A stretch of 64,000 nucleotides of DNA, taken from contig CANQYL010000002.1 in NCBI GenBank assembly GCA_947628035.1, forward strand, positions 2,642 through 66,641, written 5' to 3'. Below, one piece after another: positions 53,601 to 64,000 of this stretch. The notes beneath the pieces were generated by a model. It saw nothing but the letters and a program-made list of their open reading frames with translations. It ran no database searches and was not told where the DNA came from. Made by a program: the position numbers and the translations under genes. How positions within the stretch are numbered: position 1 is the stretch's first letter; each line of letters begins with the position of its first letter. The stretch is from an uncultured Akkermansia sp. (GTDB lineage: Bacteria; Verrucomicrobiota; Verrucomicrobiia; Verrucomicrobiales; Akkermansiaceae).

Positions 53601-56180
53601 TTAACGGAGCACGATGGCGTCGTCCTTGGCATCAATGTGAATCGTGGAGCCGTCCGGGAAGCGCCCCTCAAGGATAGCGACACTGAGGGGATCGAGGATA
53701 TCACGCTGAATAGCTCGCTTGAGAGGACGCGCGCCGTAAACGGGATCGTAACCATGTTTTGCAACGAGGTCTGCGGCGGCATCGGAAAGCTCGAGTTTGA
53801 GCCCACGAGCAGCGAGACGTTTGCGCACGCGGTTCAGCTGGATATCGACGATGCGCTTGAGGTCATGCTCAGAGAGGCGGTCGAAGATGATGATGTCGTC
53901 CACACGGTTGAGGAACTCGGGACGGAAATGACCGCGCAGGGCATCGAGAGCTTTTTCATTGCGCTGGGCAACGTCCTGCTCATCGAGAATAAAGCGGCTG
54001 CCGATGTTACTCGTCATGATGAGGACGGTGTTGGTGAAGTCCACCGTGCGTCCCTGCCCGTCCGTGATGCGTCCGTCATCGAGCACCTGCAACAGCACGT
54101 TGAACACATCCGGATGCGCCTTCTCAATCTCATCAAAGAGCACCACACTGTAGGGACGGCGGCGGACAGCCTCCGTGAGCTGTCCCCCCTCGTCGTACCC
54201 CACGTACCCCGGAGGCGCGCCGATGAGACGCGACACGCTGTGTTTCTCCATGTACTCGGACATATCGAGCCGCACCATCGCCGCCTCGTCATCGAAGAGG
54301 AACTCGGCCAGAGCCTTTGCCAACTCGGTCTTGCCGACACCGGTGGGCCCTAGGAAAATAAAGGAGCCGAGCGGACGATGCTCGTCCTGCAAACCGGCAC
54401 GAGACCGGCGCACAGCGTCTGCCACAGCTTTCACAGCGTCCTTCTGTCCGATGAGACGCCGACCGAGGCGTTCCTCCATGTGCACAAGTTTTTCTCGCTC
54501 CCCTTCGGCCAGCTTGGTAGCGGGGATACCTGTCCAGGTGGACACCACCTTGGCGATATCGGCTTCCGTGACCTCTTCCTTGAGGAGTCCTTCTCCGCTC
54601 CGCTGCAGATCGGCGAGAGCCTTGCGGGCCTCGGCGGAAGACTGTTCGGCAGAGGGAATCTCGCCGTAGAGGATTTCCGAGGCGCGTCCGAGATCACCCT
54701 TTCGTTGAGCCTGCTCGGCTTCATTGCGAAGAGAATCAATCTTCTGCTGGGCGGCTCGAGCGCGCTCCACCACTTCTTTTTCACTCTTCCAACGCGCCAC
54801 CATCGCGTTGCATTTTTCCTTGTTGTCCGCCAGCTCCTTGGTGATTTTTTCCAGCCGCTGACGCGAATCCTCATCCTTTTCTTTTTCCAGAGCCTGCCGC
54901 TCCATCTCGAGCTGCATCCCCGCGCGGTTGAGTTCGTCAATTTCCGCCGGCATGCTGTCCAGCTCGATCTTGAGCCTCGCGGCTGCCTCATCCACGAGAT
55001 CCACGGCTTTGTCCGGCAGGAATCGATCCGAGATGTAGCGGTTGCTCAGGGTCGCCGCCGCAACGAGCGCGCCATCCGTGATGTGGACGCCGTGGTGCAC
55101 CTCGTAGCGTTCCTTGAGTCCGCGCAGGATAGCGATCGTGTCCTCCACGCTCGGCTCGTCCACATAAACCGGCTGGAAGCGGCGTTCCAGCGCGGCGTCC
55201 TTCTCAATATACTTGCGATATTCGTCCAAGGTGGTGGCGCCGATGGTACGGAGCTCACCACGCGCCAGAGCGGGCTTGAGGAGGTTGGCCGCATCCATGG
55301 AGCTGTCGCCGCCGGCTCCGGCGCCGACAAGTGTGTGCAGCTCATCGATGAAGAGAATGATCTCGCCATTGCTGGAGGTGACCTCTTTGATGAAAGCCTT
55401 GAGGCGTTCCTCAAATTCGCCGCGATACTTAGCGCCTGCCAGCATGGAACCGATATTGAGCGAGACGAGACGCTTGTTCTTCATCCCCTCGGGTACATCG
55501 CCACTCACGATGCGGCGCGCAAGACCCTCCGCTATGGCGGTCTTGCCCACGCCGGGTTCACCGATGAGCACGGGGTTGTTCTTGGTGCGTCGGGAGAGAA
55601 TTTGCAGGACCCGGCGAATCTCGCTGTCGCGTCCGATAACGGGGTCTATTTTCCCCTGACGGGCGCGCGCCGTGAGATCGGTACCGTACTTTTCAAGCGT
55701 CTGGTATTTTTCTTCGGGATCCTGGTCGGTGATGCGCTGGTTGCCGCGCACCTCCTTGAGCGCTTCCATGTACGTCTTTTTCGTAAGCCCACTCTGTTCC
55801 AACACGTTCGCCGTAGAGGGATCAGCCTCGTACACACCCAACAGGAAATGCTCCACGCTCAGATAGTCGTCCTTCATCAACTTCCGTTGCCCCTCTGCCG
55901 CAGTGAGAACACGATCCAGCGCCGCTCCTATGCCCGGACTTTGAGCCACACCTCCCTGCTGCCGCGGTTGACGAGCCAATTCCCTCTCCAACAATTCCTC
56001 CACACGCCGAGGCTGCACACCGGCTTTCTGAAGCACAGCGGCCAGCACACCGCCCTCCTGCTGCAGGAGAGCGAGCAGGACCTCAGCCGGGAGGATTTCC
56101 GCGCGCCCTGCGGACTGCGCAGCCCTCTGAGCTGCTTGCAGCCCCTCCATCAGTTTTGTAGTAAGGTTGTTGTTCATCAT
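53601..56180 (-). CDS. clpB: ATP-dependent chaperone / disaggregase ClpB
   Basis: Two AAA+ modules (GEPGVGKT and GPTGVGKT), a middle coiled-coil and a Clp N-domain. The start is at MMNNNLT (56180). Confidence 0.95.
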   Translation of the reverse strand: MMNNNLTTKLMEGLQAAQRAAQSAGRAEILPAEVLLALLQQEGGVLAAVLQKAGVQPRRVEELLERELARQPRQQGGVAQSPGIGAALDRVLTAAEGQRKLMKDDYLSVEHFLLGVYEADPSTANVLEQSGLTKKTYMEALKEVRGNQRITDQDPEEKYQTLEKYGTDLTARARQGKIDPVIGRDSEIRRVLQILSRRTKNNPVLIGEPGVGKTAIAEGLARRIVSGDVPEGMKNKRLVSLNIGSMLAGAKYRGEFEERLKAFIKEVTSSNGEIILFIDELHTLVGAGAGGDSSMDAANLLKPALARGELRTIGATTLDEYRKYIEKDAALERRFQPVYVDEPSVEDTIAILRGLKERYEVHHGVHITDGALVAAATLSNRYISDRFLPDKAVDLVDEAAARLKIELDSMPAEIDELNRAGMQLEMERQALEKEKDEDSRQRLEKITKELADNKEKCNAMVARWKSEKEVVERARAAQQKIDSLRNEAEQAQRKGDLGRASEILYGEIPSAEQSSAEARKALADLQRSGEGLLKEEVTEADIAKVVSTWTGIPATKLAEGEREKLVHMEERLGRRLIGQKDAVKAVADAVRRSRAGLQDEHRPLGSFIFLGPTGVGKTELAKALAEFLFDDEAAMVRLDMSEYMEKHSVSRLIGAPPGYVGYDEGGQLTEAVRRRPYSVVLFDEIEKAHPDVFNVLLQVLDDGRITDGQGRTVDFTNTVLIMTSNIGSRFILDEQDVAQRNEKALDALRGHFRPEFLNRVDDIIIFDRLSEHDLKRIVDIQLNRVRKRLAARGLKLELSDAAADLVAKHGYDPVYGARPLKRAIQRDILDPLSVAILEGRFPDGSTIHIDAKDDAIVLR

Positions 56181-56247
56181 GCCTGTTGGATACCCGATGG
56201 TTGAAGTTTTGTTCAAAAAAAACTGCACAAAATTCACTCAATTTGCA

Positions 56248-56275
56248 TTGACTTTCCCACCGCTTTCATTACGAT
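56248..56275 (+). promoter_or_regulatory. Promoter (TTGACT-N16-TACGAT); the -10 ends 6 nt before the ATG at 56282
   Basis: TTGACT at 56248-56253 and TACGAT at 56270-56275. Confidence 0.5.
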
Positions 56276-56281
56276 GGTTGC

Positions 56282-56956
56282 ATGGAAGACTCTTCCGGCA
56301 ATCCTTCTCCATCGCGCCAAGAACGGTGGGCCTCTTTGTATAGAAAGCTCTGCGATTATGCCGTGAACGGCTTTTTCCGGGATTCCGACTCCTTCGAGAT
56401 GAACGTGCATTTCCAAGGACGCATGGGAATGAGCAAGTACTGGCTCACCGTCCTCTTAGCTGCCCTCATCGGATGCGTTGCAAAAATCATCGTTTCCTTC
56501 CTGGCCTATGCTCTCTCCCTTCTTTTTGGCTTGTTGAACGTTTTGCTCGGGAGTTTTTGCGCAAACGTCGTGGTTGCTCTTGTCAGCATCCTCTTGATGC
56601 TGCTCGAGTTCCTTACCGGCATCTTCTGTCTCTGGCTCTTCCTTGTCTGCATCAGCGCCACGGTTCGCCGCCTTCGGGACGCCGGATATAGCCCTTGGCT
56701 CATCCTCTTAGGTCTCACCGGCATCGGCGTTATTGTCGTGCTCATTCTGTGCTGTCTGGAAAGCGCTCAAGACGCGGACGACACTGAGCAAGAGCCCACC
56801 CCCTCGCAACCTGCCGAAACGACCCAACCTGCCGAGCTTCCTCCCGTTCCGAGTCCCGCTCCGGAGCCGGTGTCCCTCTGTCCCCTCTGTCATGGCGAAG
56901 GGAAAAACGCAGCCGGTTTCACCTGCCCTCAATGTGGCGGCTCAGGCAAAGCCTGA
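56282..56956 (+). CDS. DUF805-like membrane protein with a C-terminal Pro-rich linker and a CxxC-x-CxxC zinc-finger
   Basis: FQGRMGMSKYW and ATVRRLRDAGYS match the DUF805 pattern. The tail CPLCHGEGKNAAGFTCPQCGGSGK resembles a DnaJ-type zinc finger. Confidence 0.7.
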   Translation: MEDSSGNPSPSRQERWASLYRKLCDYAVNGFFRDSDSFEMNVHFQGRMGMSKYWLTVLLAALIGCVAKIIVSFLAYALSLLFGLLNVLLGSFCANVVVALVSILLMLLEFLTGIFCLWLFLVCISATVRRLRDAGYSPWLILLGLTGIGVIVVLILCCLESAQDADDTEQEPTPSQPAETTQPAELPPVPSPAPEPVSLCPLCHGEGKNAAGFTCPQCGGSGKA

Positions 56957-57014
56957 AACAAAGCAAACAACGCACCCACGCCACACCGGCTGAAGCATCT
57001 CTTGTACCAACCTA

Positions 57015-57087
57015 TACCCCCGCACGGGCTCGAACCGTGGACAAACTGATTAAGAGTCAGCTGCTCTACCAACTGAGCTACGGAGGC
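57015..57087 (-). tRNA. tRNA-Lys (anticodon CTT)
   Basis: GCCTCCGTAGCTCAGTTGGTAGAGC..., anticodon loop CTCTTAA and T-arm CACGGTTCGAGCCCGTG. Confidence 0.88.
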
Positions 57088-57129
57088 TTTCTTTGCAGAG
57101 ACAGAGCCACATCCCGGTAGGAAGAGGAG

Positions 57130-57201
57130 AGCCGCTGGTCAGATTTGAACTGACGACCCACGCATTACGAATGCGTTGCTCTACCACTGAGCTACAGCGG
57201 C
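57130..57201 (-). tRNA. tRNA-Thr (anticodon CGT)
   Basis: GCCGCTGTAGCTCAGTGGTAGAGC..., anticodon stem ACGCA/TGCGT with loop TTCGTAA, and T-arm GTCAGTTCAAATCTGAC. Confidence 0.88.
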
Positions 57202-57280
57202 AATATCTCGTGCGCGCTGAGTAAATCATATTTCTCTCCCTAAATCAAGCCTAAATTCGTTTCAACGAAAATTATTTTCA

Positions 57281-58417
57281 TCAGGAATGGTGGGGTCCAT
57301 CCTCAGAAAAGTCCCGGCAGAAAGCATCGACGAGATCTTCTACCCTTTCGCCCGGGAGTACACCCAGCTGCATTCCGTTGTGGACATAGGCAAAGGAACA
57401 ACCGGTAAGCGGCTCAGCGAAGGCGTGGCACCCCCCCGCCCCGGCGTGTCCGAAACCTCCGCGCCCGAAAAGCGTCTCGGGTGCACACATGGCGCCGCAG
57501 GTGAAGGCCGTGGGCTGCAGCAGGGTGAGATCCCAACCACGCACCTCCTCGTGGCAGAGGCGTCCCCGAACTTCCTCACAGAAGGGACAGATCTCATCCT
57601 GTGGACGTGACCCCATAAGAGTCTGATAAAAGAGGGCGAGACCCATTGCTGAGGCGACCCCTCCCCGCGCCGGACAAGCGCAGCGCCATGCGTCCGGGGT
57701 GTTCATATCACGAACGGAATCCATGCCGGTCACGCTGTGGAAAGCTCGATAAATGAGGGAGCGTGGGTCAAAGTATTCTCTGTAGAATGCGGAGCGTGGC
57801 ATGGCTCCGTGCAGCCGAGGCGCCTGAAGCACTGCTACTCGCGAAAACTCGCACTCCGGCAGACCGATGAAAAAATCCAACCCAAAGGGACGGCGCACGC
57901 GTTCCTCCCAAAATGCACCTATCCGCTTGCCGCAGACGAGCTCCATGAGCACATCAACCATGGGACCGAGGGTATGCGGGTGATAACCGTGCTGTGGCGG
58001 CTGCCAAGCGGGAGTTGCACTCTCAATGGCCGTTCTCCAGGAAGCGGGGTCAAAAACGGAAGCCGTCCGAGTCCAAGCCGCCAGCCCCGCCTGGTGTGAA
58101 AGCAGCTCTCCCACGCTGCAATGCGGAGCCGGAAAACCTGCCCACAGCTCACCGACCTCTGCATCAGCGGTCAGCCCCCTCTCAGCCATCGCCTGCAGGA
58201 GACACGCCGCCGCCGCAGGCTTTGTGGCGGAAAAAATGGGCACAAGAGTATCCTGCCGCCATGGAATCCCGGGAGACGACTCCCCTGCCTCAAGGTGCAA
58301 AACCACCTTTCCGTCACGGCAGACGCACAGAGCCTCTCCCTCACCTTCGCGGTAGGAAGCGTGATCGGCGAATGTTTGCTCCAGACAGCTCATGGCTTGT
58401 AGCGACGTATAGCACAT
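57281..58417 (-). CDS. Serine hydrolase of the beta-lactamase / class C esterase family
   Basis: SxxK nucleophile motif in IFSATKPAAA; ~370 aa. Confidence 0.7.
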   Translation of the reverse strand: MCYTSLQAMSCLEQTFADHASYREGEGEALCVCRDGKVVLHLEAGESSPGIPWRQDTLVPIFSATKPAAAACLLQAMAERGLTADAEVGELWAGFPAPHCSVGELLSHQAGLAAWTRTASVFDPASWRTAIESATPAWQPPQHGYHPHTLGPMVDVLMELVCGKRIGAFWEERVRRPFGLDFFIGLPECEFSRVAVLQAPRLHGAMPRSAFYREYFDPRSLIYRAFHSVTGMDSVRDMNTPDAWRCACPARGGVASAMGLALFYQTLMGSRPQDEICPFCEEVRGRLCHEEVRGWDLTLLQPTAFTCGAMCAPETLFGRGGFGHAGAGGCHAFAEPLTGCSFAYVHNGMQLGVLPGERVEDLVDAFCRDFSEDGPHHS

Positions 58418-59055
58418 ACCCTCGCCACCTCTTTCTCCACGGAAAAGTCAACCTCATAGGGAGCAAAAATCAGATGATAAATTCTCTGCGGATCCTCCTG
58501 ATAAGCCGGGCGCGGATCCTGCGCCAGAAGTTCGCGCAGAGCTTGCACCTGCAGCTCAGTCATCCCCTGTGGGCGCAGTTGCTCGGGGAAGACAACCTCC
58601 AGCAGCTTCCTCTCTTTCGTGTCCGTGTAGCCTCCCGTGGCTTCCTCAATGCAGTCCGCGTAACGCAAATAGGGCTTGATGTCATACACGGGAGTGCCAT
58701 CCACCATATCCGCTCCCGCTATCACGAGCGCCCCGTCCTGCACCTCCACCAACCGAACAGCCGACAGCCCCAGTGCATTCGGGCGATACGGAGAACGCGT
58801 GGCAAAAACTCCTACCCGCACATTTCCACCCAGACGGGGCGGTCTCACCGTGGGGTGCACAGGTTCCCCCACATGACGGTGGAAGCCCCAGATAAGCCAG
58901 AGATGGGAAAATTGCTCCAGTCCACGCACGAACTCAGGCTGTCTGTACGGTTTTTCAAACTCAACCCGACTGAGCACATGCGTCGCCAACCCGCTCTGCC
59001 GAGGCACGCCGAATTTCTCCACGTAGGGAGATCGTATGAAAGCAATGGGTTGCAT
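58390..59055 (-). CDS. trmO: tRNA (N6-threonylcarbamoyladenosine-N6)-methyltransferase TrmO (TsaA/YaeB family)
   Basis: MQPIAFIRSPYVEKFGVPRQSG and the RPNALGLS and GTPVYDIKPY motifs. The start ATG shares its A with the TGA of the upstream Nudix gene (TGATG). Confidence 0.85.
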   Translation of the reverse strand: MQPIAFIRSPYVEKFGVPRQSGLATHVLSRVEFEKPYRQPEFVRGLEQFSHLWLIWGFHRHVGEPVHPTVRPPRLGGNVRVGVFATRSPYRPNALGLSAVRLVEVQDGALVIAGADMVDGTPVYDIKPYLRYADCIEEATGGYTDTKERKLLEVVFPEQLRPQGMTELQVQALRELLAQDPRPAYQEDPQRIYHLIFAPYEVDFSVEKEVARVCAIRRYKP

Positions 59056-59531
59056 CACTCTTTTTCGATGCCGAAAAAGTCCCGCATCACGCAACGGTAC
59101 ACATCCCGTTTGAAGTCCGGCAGGCTGTTCAGGTCAAATTCCCCGGGTTGAACCCAGCGATAATTACAAAACTCTTTGTAGTCCAGCCAAGGTTCCGCGG
59201 CATCATCGTTCATGCGGCAGAGAAAATAATGCTGCTCCTGTCCGGCGTATGGAATTCCACGTTTCCGCAAGACTCGCTCTCGCTCTGCCGGAGGATAATC
59301 ATAGCGATACGGTCCGTGTTCCTCCACGACCTCGTACTCATTCGGACGAAACCCCGTCTCCTCCATTCCTTCCCGGCAGGCCGCATCACGTGCGGTCTCC
59401 CCCTTGCGCACTCCACCCTGAGGAAACTGCCACGCACCCGCCGGCTTCACCCGCTCACACACCAGCACATCCCCATTGCTTCGCTGGTAGATGATCGCTG
59501 CGTTCGGGCGGTACAATTCGGCGGATATCAT
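59055..59531 (-). CDS. Nudix hydrolase (RppH-like)
   Basis: Nudix box GGVRKGETARDAACREGMEETGF. Confidence 0.8.
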   Translation of the reverse strand: MISAELYRPNAAIIYQRSNGDVLVCERVKPAGAWQFPQGGVRKGETARDAACREGMEETGFRPNEYEVVEEHGPYRYDYPPAERERVLRKRGIPYAGQEQHYFLCRMNDDAAEPWLDYKEFCNYRWVQPGEFDLNSLPDFKRDVYRCVMRDFFGIEKE

Positions 59532-59552
59532 GTGTCCTTGGTCTGAAAAATC

Positions 59553-60638
59553 TCACCCTCGTTGCCACCAATGCTTTTTCTTGGTGAACTTAGCTTTGAG
59601 CTCCTCGGCTTCCTTGCGCAGTCCCTGCATCACCTTGAGAGCCTCCGGCAGCTTCCTTATTGCCGCGTACTGCTTCATGGCATCCTTGTACGGAGCTGAT
59701 GGAGACCCCCAGTAGGGCTGTCCCCCGGCAAGATCCGACATGACGCCCGTACGCGCCGCGAGTATCGCTTGATCCCCGATATGCAGGTGTCCAGCTATGC
59801 CACACTGAGCAGCCACCGTAACGTAACTGCCGAGATGTGAACTACCGGCTATTCCGCTTTGGGAAACAATGACGGTGTGCTTGCCGATCGTCACGTTGTG
59901 AGCTATCTGCACGAGATTGTCGATCTTGGACCCCTCGCCGATCACCGTGCGACCGAAACGAGCCCGATCGATGGTTGTGTTGGCTCCGATATCGACGTCA
60001 TCCTCAATCACGACAATTCCGACCTGATCGACGGTATCATAACGCCCCGTCTCCTTGTTGAGTAAGAAGCCGAAGCCGTCAGATCCGATCACTGCTCCGG
60101 GCTGCACCACGACGCGATTGCCTAAAATGCACCGTTCACGCACGACAACTCGTGCGTAGAGCCGACAATTTTCACCGATCTTGGTGTACTTGCCCACCAC
60201 ACAGCCGGGTCCTATATCGCTGCCATCACCGATGACGACTCCCGCTTCAATGACAGCCCCTGCCTGCACCCGCACCTTCGTGGCATCCATGACGACAGAC
60301 GGATCCACCACCGCGCTCGGATGCACCCCCGGGACGAACTCGTTTGCAACCTTCATGAAGGTGTCCACCAGGGCATTGAACGCCAGCGACGGATTCTCCG
60401 CTTCGATGAGCGCCACTCCCGCCGGATGGTCCGGCACGCCGGGAGGCACGATCACAACCGCGGCTTTCGTCGCCAAATAGTCCTTGTAGTACTTCTCGTT
60501 GCCGAGGAAAGATACCTCTCCCGGTCCGGCCTCAGCCAAAGTAGCCACCCCCGTGATCGCCGCGCCGGCGCCGACATCCGGAGGAGTGACCTGCCTACCT
60601 CCTGTCAGACGTATTACTTCCTCAAGCGAGAGAGTCAT
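59553..60638 (-). CDS. lpxD: UDP-3-O-acylglucosamine N-acyltransferase
   Basis: Left-handed beta-helix hexapeptide repeats and N-terminal [14 protein letters not shown]. The start at 60638 is preferred over 60782. Confidence 0.9.
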   Translation of the reverse strand: MTLSLEEVIRLTGGRQVTPPDVGAGAAITGVATLAEAGPGEVSFLGNEKYYKDYLATKAAVVIVPPGVPDHPAGVALIEAENPSLAFNALVDTFMKVANEFVPGVHPSAVVDPSVVMDATKVRVQAGAVIEAGVVIGDGSDIGPGCVVGKYTKIGENCRLYARVVVRERCILGNRVVVQPGAVIGSDGFGFLLNKETGRYDTVDQVGIVVIEDDVDIGANTTIDRARFGRTVIGEGSKIDNLVQIAHNVTIGKHTVIVSQSGIAGSSHLGSYVTVAAQCGIAGHLHIGDQAILAARTGVMSDLAGGQPYWGSPSAPYKDAMKQYAAIRKLPEALKVMQGLRKEAEELKAKFTKKKHWWQRG

Positions 60639-60726
60639 TTCCCTTTTGTTGGGAAGAGGGATATTAAAAAACCGGAGAGGAGGGGCGACACACGACACTA
60701 CCCTCTCTCTCCGGTGTTGAAGACGA

Positions 60727-61395
60727 TCAGTTCTGCTGTCCCTCAGCGGGCTGCTGTTCTTCAGCGGACTGCTGTTGTTCACCGCGCACGCGCTTCAGCT
60801 CAGCCTGCGCATCGAAGTCTGCAGGAGCCCCGACGTTGAGCTTCTTGAGCACCTTATCCGTGATGTCAAGCGTCGGCTTCACGTACGGGAACACACTGTA
60901 CCCAAAGCGCGGACTCACAGCTGAAGAGTCGACCACCAAATCCACACCCTCCTCCGCGGCCACAGCCTGCACCGTGGCATGCAGTTCATCGGAAAGCAAC
61001 TTGAGCTCGCGGCGAGCGATCTCGCGGAAAGCGATCTCGCGGCGCTGCACGAAGGTCTTGAGCTCCTCTCCCTCGGCGGCCAGCTCGTTTTGTACGGAAG
61101 CCGCTTCCTCGCGCAACTTCTTCATGGCCTCCTCCGAGAGCGTTGGGTCACTCTTCTTCTGGATGCCCTGTGCTTGCTCCACCAAGGCTTTCACCTTTTG
61201 CTCACGCACAGCAATTTCCTCCTTGATGGCAGCCTCCTGCTTGCGCAGGCTCACCTCCACCTCGGCGCGCTTGTAGAACATGATATTCAGATCCGTCATG
61301 TTGACCGAGGCAATCTTTACCTCAGCCTGTACGGTAGCAAACATGGCACCGATGACAACGGCTATAACCGACAGCGTAGTTGAAAACTTCTTCAT
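60727..61395 (-). CDS. skp: OmpH/Skp family periplasmic chaperone
   Basis: Signal peptide and a coiled-coil body, positioned directly upstream of lpxD as in many Gram-negatives. Confidence 0.8.
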   Translation of the reverse strand: MKKFSTTLSVIAVVIGAMFATVQAEVKIASVNMTDLNIMFYKRAEVEVSLRKQEAAIKEEIAVREQKVKALVEQAQGIQKKSDPTLSEEAMKKLREEAASVQNELAAEGEELKTFVQRREIAFREIARRELKLLSDELHATVQAVAAEEGVDLVVDSSAVSPRFGYSVFPYVKPTLDITDKVLKKLNVGAPADFDAQAELKRVRGEQQQSAEEQQPAEGQQN

Positions 61396-61542
61396 GATAA
61401 TTGAAGGGTCGTTTGACGGGCATCATTGTACAGCATTCTTTCCCCTCCGGTCAAGCCTATTTCTCGTTTTTCCCTTTCTCTACCCCTTTTTATGACATAC
61501 TTCCCCCCCCCTTCGCTGGCAATCTCTTTCATTTTTACCCCG

Positions 61543-62199
61543 TCAAACGGTGACGACACCATCCCGAACAGTCAGAATTCTGTCGCCGCGAGAGGCAATC
61601 TGCGCGTCATGAGTGACGATGACAAGAGTCTTCCCTCCCTCCGATGCGAGTTCAAAGAGGAGATCCAATATTTGGACTCCGTTGCGAGAATCCAAGTTGC
61701 CCGTGGGTTCATCGGCAAAGATAATGGAAGGATCGTGTGCAAGCGCCCGAACAATGGCAACCCTCTGCTGTTCTCCGCCGGAGAGTTCGTTGGGAAGATG
61801 GTGGAGACGATCTGCCAAGCCCACCCTCTCCATCAGGGAGACGACTCGATCCGTTGCTTCGCGTCCCGCAATAGCCGTGGCAAGGGAAGCGTTCTCCAGC
61901 GCGGTGAGCTCCGGCATGAGCATGTAATTCTGGAAGATAAAGCCCATCATCTTGTTGCGGAAGAGCGCGCGACGGCGCAGACTGAGTTCGTAGATATTCT
62001 GTCCGTCAACGAGCACCTCTCCCTGCTGTGGCTCCTCCAAACCTGCCAGGGTGTACATGAGCGTTGTCTTGCCGGCCCCGCTCGGTCCGCAGAGAAAAAC
62101 CTTTTCCCCACGCGCTATATGCAAGCTGAGGCCGTGCAGCACCTCCACGGTCTTGCTGCCGATGCTGTAACTGCGGTGCAGATCTGTCGCACGTATCAT
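61543..62199 (-). CDS. ABC transporter ATP-binding protein (LolD / MacB-type)
   Basis: GPSGAGKTTL, LSGGEQQRVAIVRAL and IIFADEPTGNLD. Confidence 0.85.
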   Translation of the reverse strand: MIRATDLHRSYSIGSKTVEVLHGLSLHIARGEKVFLCGPSGAGKTTLMYTLAGLEEPQQGEVLVDGQNIYELSLRRRALFRNKMMGFIFQNYMLMPELTALENASLATAIAGREATDRVVSLMERVGLADRLHHLPNELSGGEQQRVAIVRALAHDPSIIFADEPTGNLDSRNGVQILDLLFELASEGGKTLVIVTHDAQIASRGDRILTVRDGVVTV

Positions 62200-62203
62200 A
62201 GTC

Positions 62204-63070
62204 TTAATTCTGCTCTATTTCCACATTGTCAATCAAGCGCACCTCTCCGAAAAACACCGCAGCCGCGAGCAAAGCCGGCAATTCCCCGGAACTCTGAGGC
62301 TCGATGTCGAGCAGGTTGTCCGGATGCACCATCTGCACATAATCCACCCTCACCTCCGGTAAGGACTCCAAATCCCGCCGCACCTCCTCGCACACCCTCC
62401 CCGCCGGGGTTCCGCCCAGGTAGGCTTCTCGTCCTCTCACGAGGGCGGCATAAAGTTGAGGGGCATTGGCTCGTTGCTGTGCGCTCAATCGCACATTCCT
62501 GCTGGATACGGCGAGCCCGTCCTTCTCCCGCACGATGGGGGCGCCGTGCAGATGGATGGGAAAATCCAAATCTCTCACCATGCGCCGCAAAATGGCCAGC
62601 TGCTGAAAATCCTTCTTGCCGAAGACGGCGTCTGAAGGCTGCACCATATTGAAGAGCTTGCTCACCACGAGACAAACCCCGGCAAAATGCCCCGGTCTTT
62701 TTGCCCCGCACAGCACGCGCGAAAGTTGTGTTTCCTCCACGCTCATGCTGCGATCCGACCGGTACATCTCCTGAGCGTCCGGCATAAAGAGGATATCCAC
62801 CCCACAATCTTCACAGATAGCCGTGTCCTCCTCCGGGGTGCGGGGATAGGATGCCAAATCCCCTGCCCTGTCAAATTGCGTGGGGTTAAGAAACACGCTG
62901 GCAACTACAACGCCGTCCTCCCCCGCAATTTCACGTGCCTGCCGAAGCAAGGCCGCATGACCGGCATGCAATGCGCCCATCGTGGGCACGAGCACACGCC
63001 TCTTCCCTCCCCCTTGAGCACTCATACTGAGAGCTGCCCTGAGCTCTCTCTTTGTCGTTACCCTCCTCAT
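62204..63070 (-). CDS. panC: Pantoate-beta-alanine ligase
   Basis: VPTMGALHAGH and GKKDFQQL motifs. The start is at MRRVTTKREL (63070). Confidence 0.92.
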   Translation of the reverse strand: MRRVTTKRELRAALSMSAQGGGKRRVLVPTMGALHAGHAALLRQAREIAGEDGVVVASVFLNPTQFDRAGDLASYPRTPEEDTAICEDCGVDILFMPDAQEMYRSDRSMSVEETQLSRVLCGAKRPGHFAGVCLVVSKLFNMVQPSDAVFGKKDFQQLAILRRMVRDLDFPIHLHGAPIVREKDGLAVSSRNVRLSAQQRANAPQLYAALVRGREAYLGGTPAGRVCEEVRRDLESLPEVRVDYVQMVHPDNLLDIEPQSSGELPALLAAAVFFGEVRLIDNVEIEQN

Positions 63071-63250
63071 GCAACATAGCGTAACATATCCATCCCCTTC
63101 TTTCAAGTGCATTCACTTTCCATACAAAGTAAACGCATGAGAAAATGCGTTTGCCGTGACTCTCCACTCCGAGAAGAAATGTAAATTCGACTTGACAAGA
63201 GCAGGAGAATGGTGTACACCGTGCGCCTCCGAACCCAAATTGATTGAGTT

Positions 63251-63763
63251 ATGGCGAACATGAAAGTTATATTAGCGACGAAGATAGAGGGTCTGGGCTG
63301 TGAAGCCGACCTTGTCACGGTGAAAGCAGGGTATGGACGCAATTACCTGATTCCTCAGGGACTCGCGTTTGAAGCTACTCCTGCCAACCAGCGTTTCATC
63401 AATATGCTGCAGAAAAAGCGCGCTGAGCGTGAGGCGGCAGAGCTGGCCAATTTCCGCGAGGTAGCGAAGAAGATTGCCGGGGTCACCTTGGAACTCGTCT
63501 TGGAATCGAGCGAGGGAGGCAAGGTGTTCGGAGCCATCACCAATCAGCAGATAGCCGAGAAGCTCTCTGAGCAAGGCATTGAAATCGATCGCCGTTCCAT
63601 CGATTTGGAAAAAACCCTCAAGAAGAGCGGGGATTACGAGGTGCTCGCTAAACTGCACCCGGAAGTTACGGCTACAATCAAGATTCACCTCACTGTGAAA
63701 AACGAGGTTGTGACCGAACCCGAGCCGACTCCGGAAGGCGATTCTCCCGAGAAAACCGCCTGA
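63251..63763 (+). CDS. rplI: 50S ribosomal protein L9
   Basis: MKVILATKIEGLGCEADLVTVKAGYGRNYLIPQGLA is the classic L9 N-terminus. Confidence 0.95.
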   Translation: MANMKVILATKIEGLGCEADLVTVKAGYGRNYLIPQGLAFEATPANQRFINMLQKKRAEREAAELANFREVAKKIAGVTLELVLESSEGGKVFGAITNQQIAEKLSEQGIEIDRRSIDLEKTLKKSGDYEVLAKLHPEVTATIKIHLTVKNEVVTEPEPTPEGDSPEKTA

Positions 63764-63790
63764 ATTTCCCCACTTCACGGTCTTTTTCCT

Positions 63791-63822
63791 ACGCACGCGC
63801 TCGCCGGCGCGTGCGTTTTTTT
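63791..63822 (+). terminator. Rho-independent terminator of rplI
   Basis: ACGCACGCGC-TCGCCG-GCGCGTGCGT followed by TTTTTTT. Confidence 0.8.
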
Positions 63823-63944
63823 CATGTTTTCCCCCTCCGATGTTGCAGGGCCCGCAAGACAGCATGGCGTAGTTCTGTGAGCTTTCCTCGTAGCAACGGC
63901 GTGTGATTTTTCCCACCGCCAATGCTTGCCTCAAGCTCGCCTCA

Positions 63945-64000
63945 GCGCCCTGCGGGCAAAATGCTCACGCATTTTGTCCAACCGCACTTACCGCCCGCTT
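63945..64000 (-). repeat. Start of another inverted copy of the 3470-3640 type mosaic repeat, cut off by the window end
   Basis: GGGCAAAATGCTCACGCATTTTGTCCAACCGCACTTACCGCCCGCTT matches the reverse complement of 3466-3515. Confidence 0.6.

Noticed and set aside
54378-56204. 608-aa ORF antisense to clpB. The same situation applies to 33683-35050 versus the DegP-like gene, 16321-17379 versus the M42 peptidase, 61426-62652 versus lolD/panC, 57994-59151 versus the hydrolase/trmO, 36598-37287 versus the M3 peptidase, 10799-11617 versus ahcY and 20544-21344 versus pheS/pheT.
   Set aside because: In each case the opposite strand encodes a highly conserved protein. The antisense translations are low-complexity with no recognisable motifs.

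Overview
This is a 64 kb chromosomal segment from a Gram-negative bacterium with moderately high GC. The gene content (lpxD, skp, lolD-like, squalene-synthase-like, many DUF805 and AP2 proteins) suggests the PVC/Verrucomicrobiota group, but that is inference only. Most of the window is housekeeping: rlmN (5' partial), prfB with its programmed +1 frameshift, trmD, folC, ahcY, ispE, def, purD, uppP, pheST, fabH, ndk, map, yggS, two DegP-like PDZ proteases, an M3 oligopeptidase, miaA, gpmI, clpB, trmO, a Nudix hydrolase, lpxD, skp, panC and rplI. There are three tRNAs: Ser-CGA, Lys-CTT and Thr-CGT. Four accessory regions stand out. (1) A decayed islet lies between miaA and tRNA-Ser. It holds a duplicated miaA 3' end, a 5'-truncated KilA-N gene, and an MmeI-family Type IIL restriction-modification gene. 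That gene is split head-to-head by a precise ~1 kb inversion bounded by a 21-bp inverted repeat, making it a candidate intragenic phase switch and my top finding. (2) A stand-alone 1890-codon ORF encodes DUF4011, an Upf1/DNA2-like SF1 helicase, a Vsr/DUF559-like nuclease and DUF3320. (3) A low-GC AAA+/DUF4143 ATPase cassette is embedded in repeats. (4) An AT-rich integrase plus RHH islet sits between pheT and fabH. Intergenic DNA is heavily colonised by modular palindromic repeats. These include a ~230-bp MITE-like element (5 copies, GGGCAAACGCATT termini), a family with a 64-nt core, a CATAAC-N6-GTTATG family, and degenerate heptamer arrays including a perfect 8-copy CCATCGT tract. Many genes have near-consensus sigma70 promoters, and several have the -10 box only 5-9 nt from the start codon, which suggests leaderless mRNAs. 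I found no CRISPR array, rRNA or reverse transcriptase.
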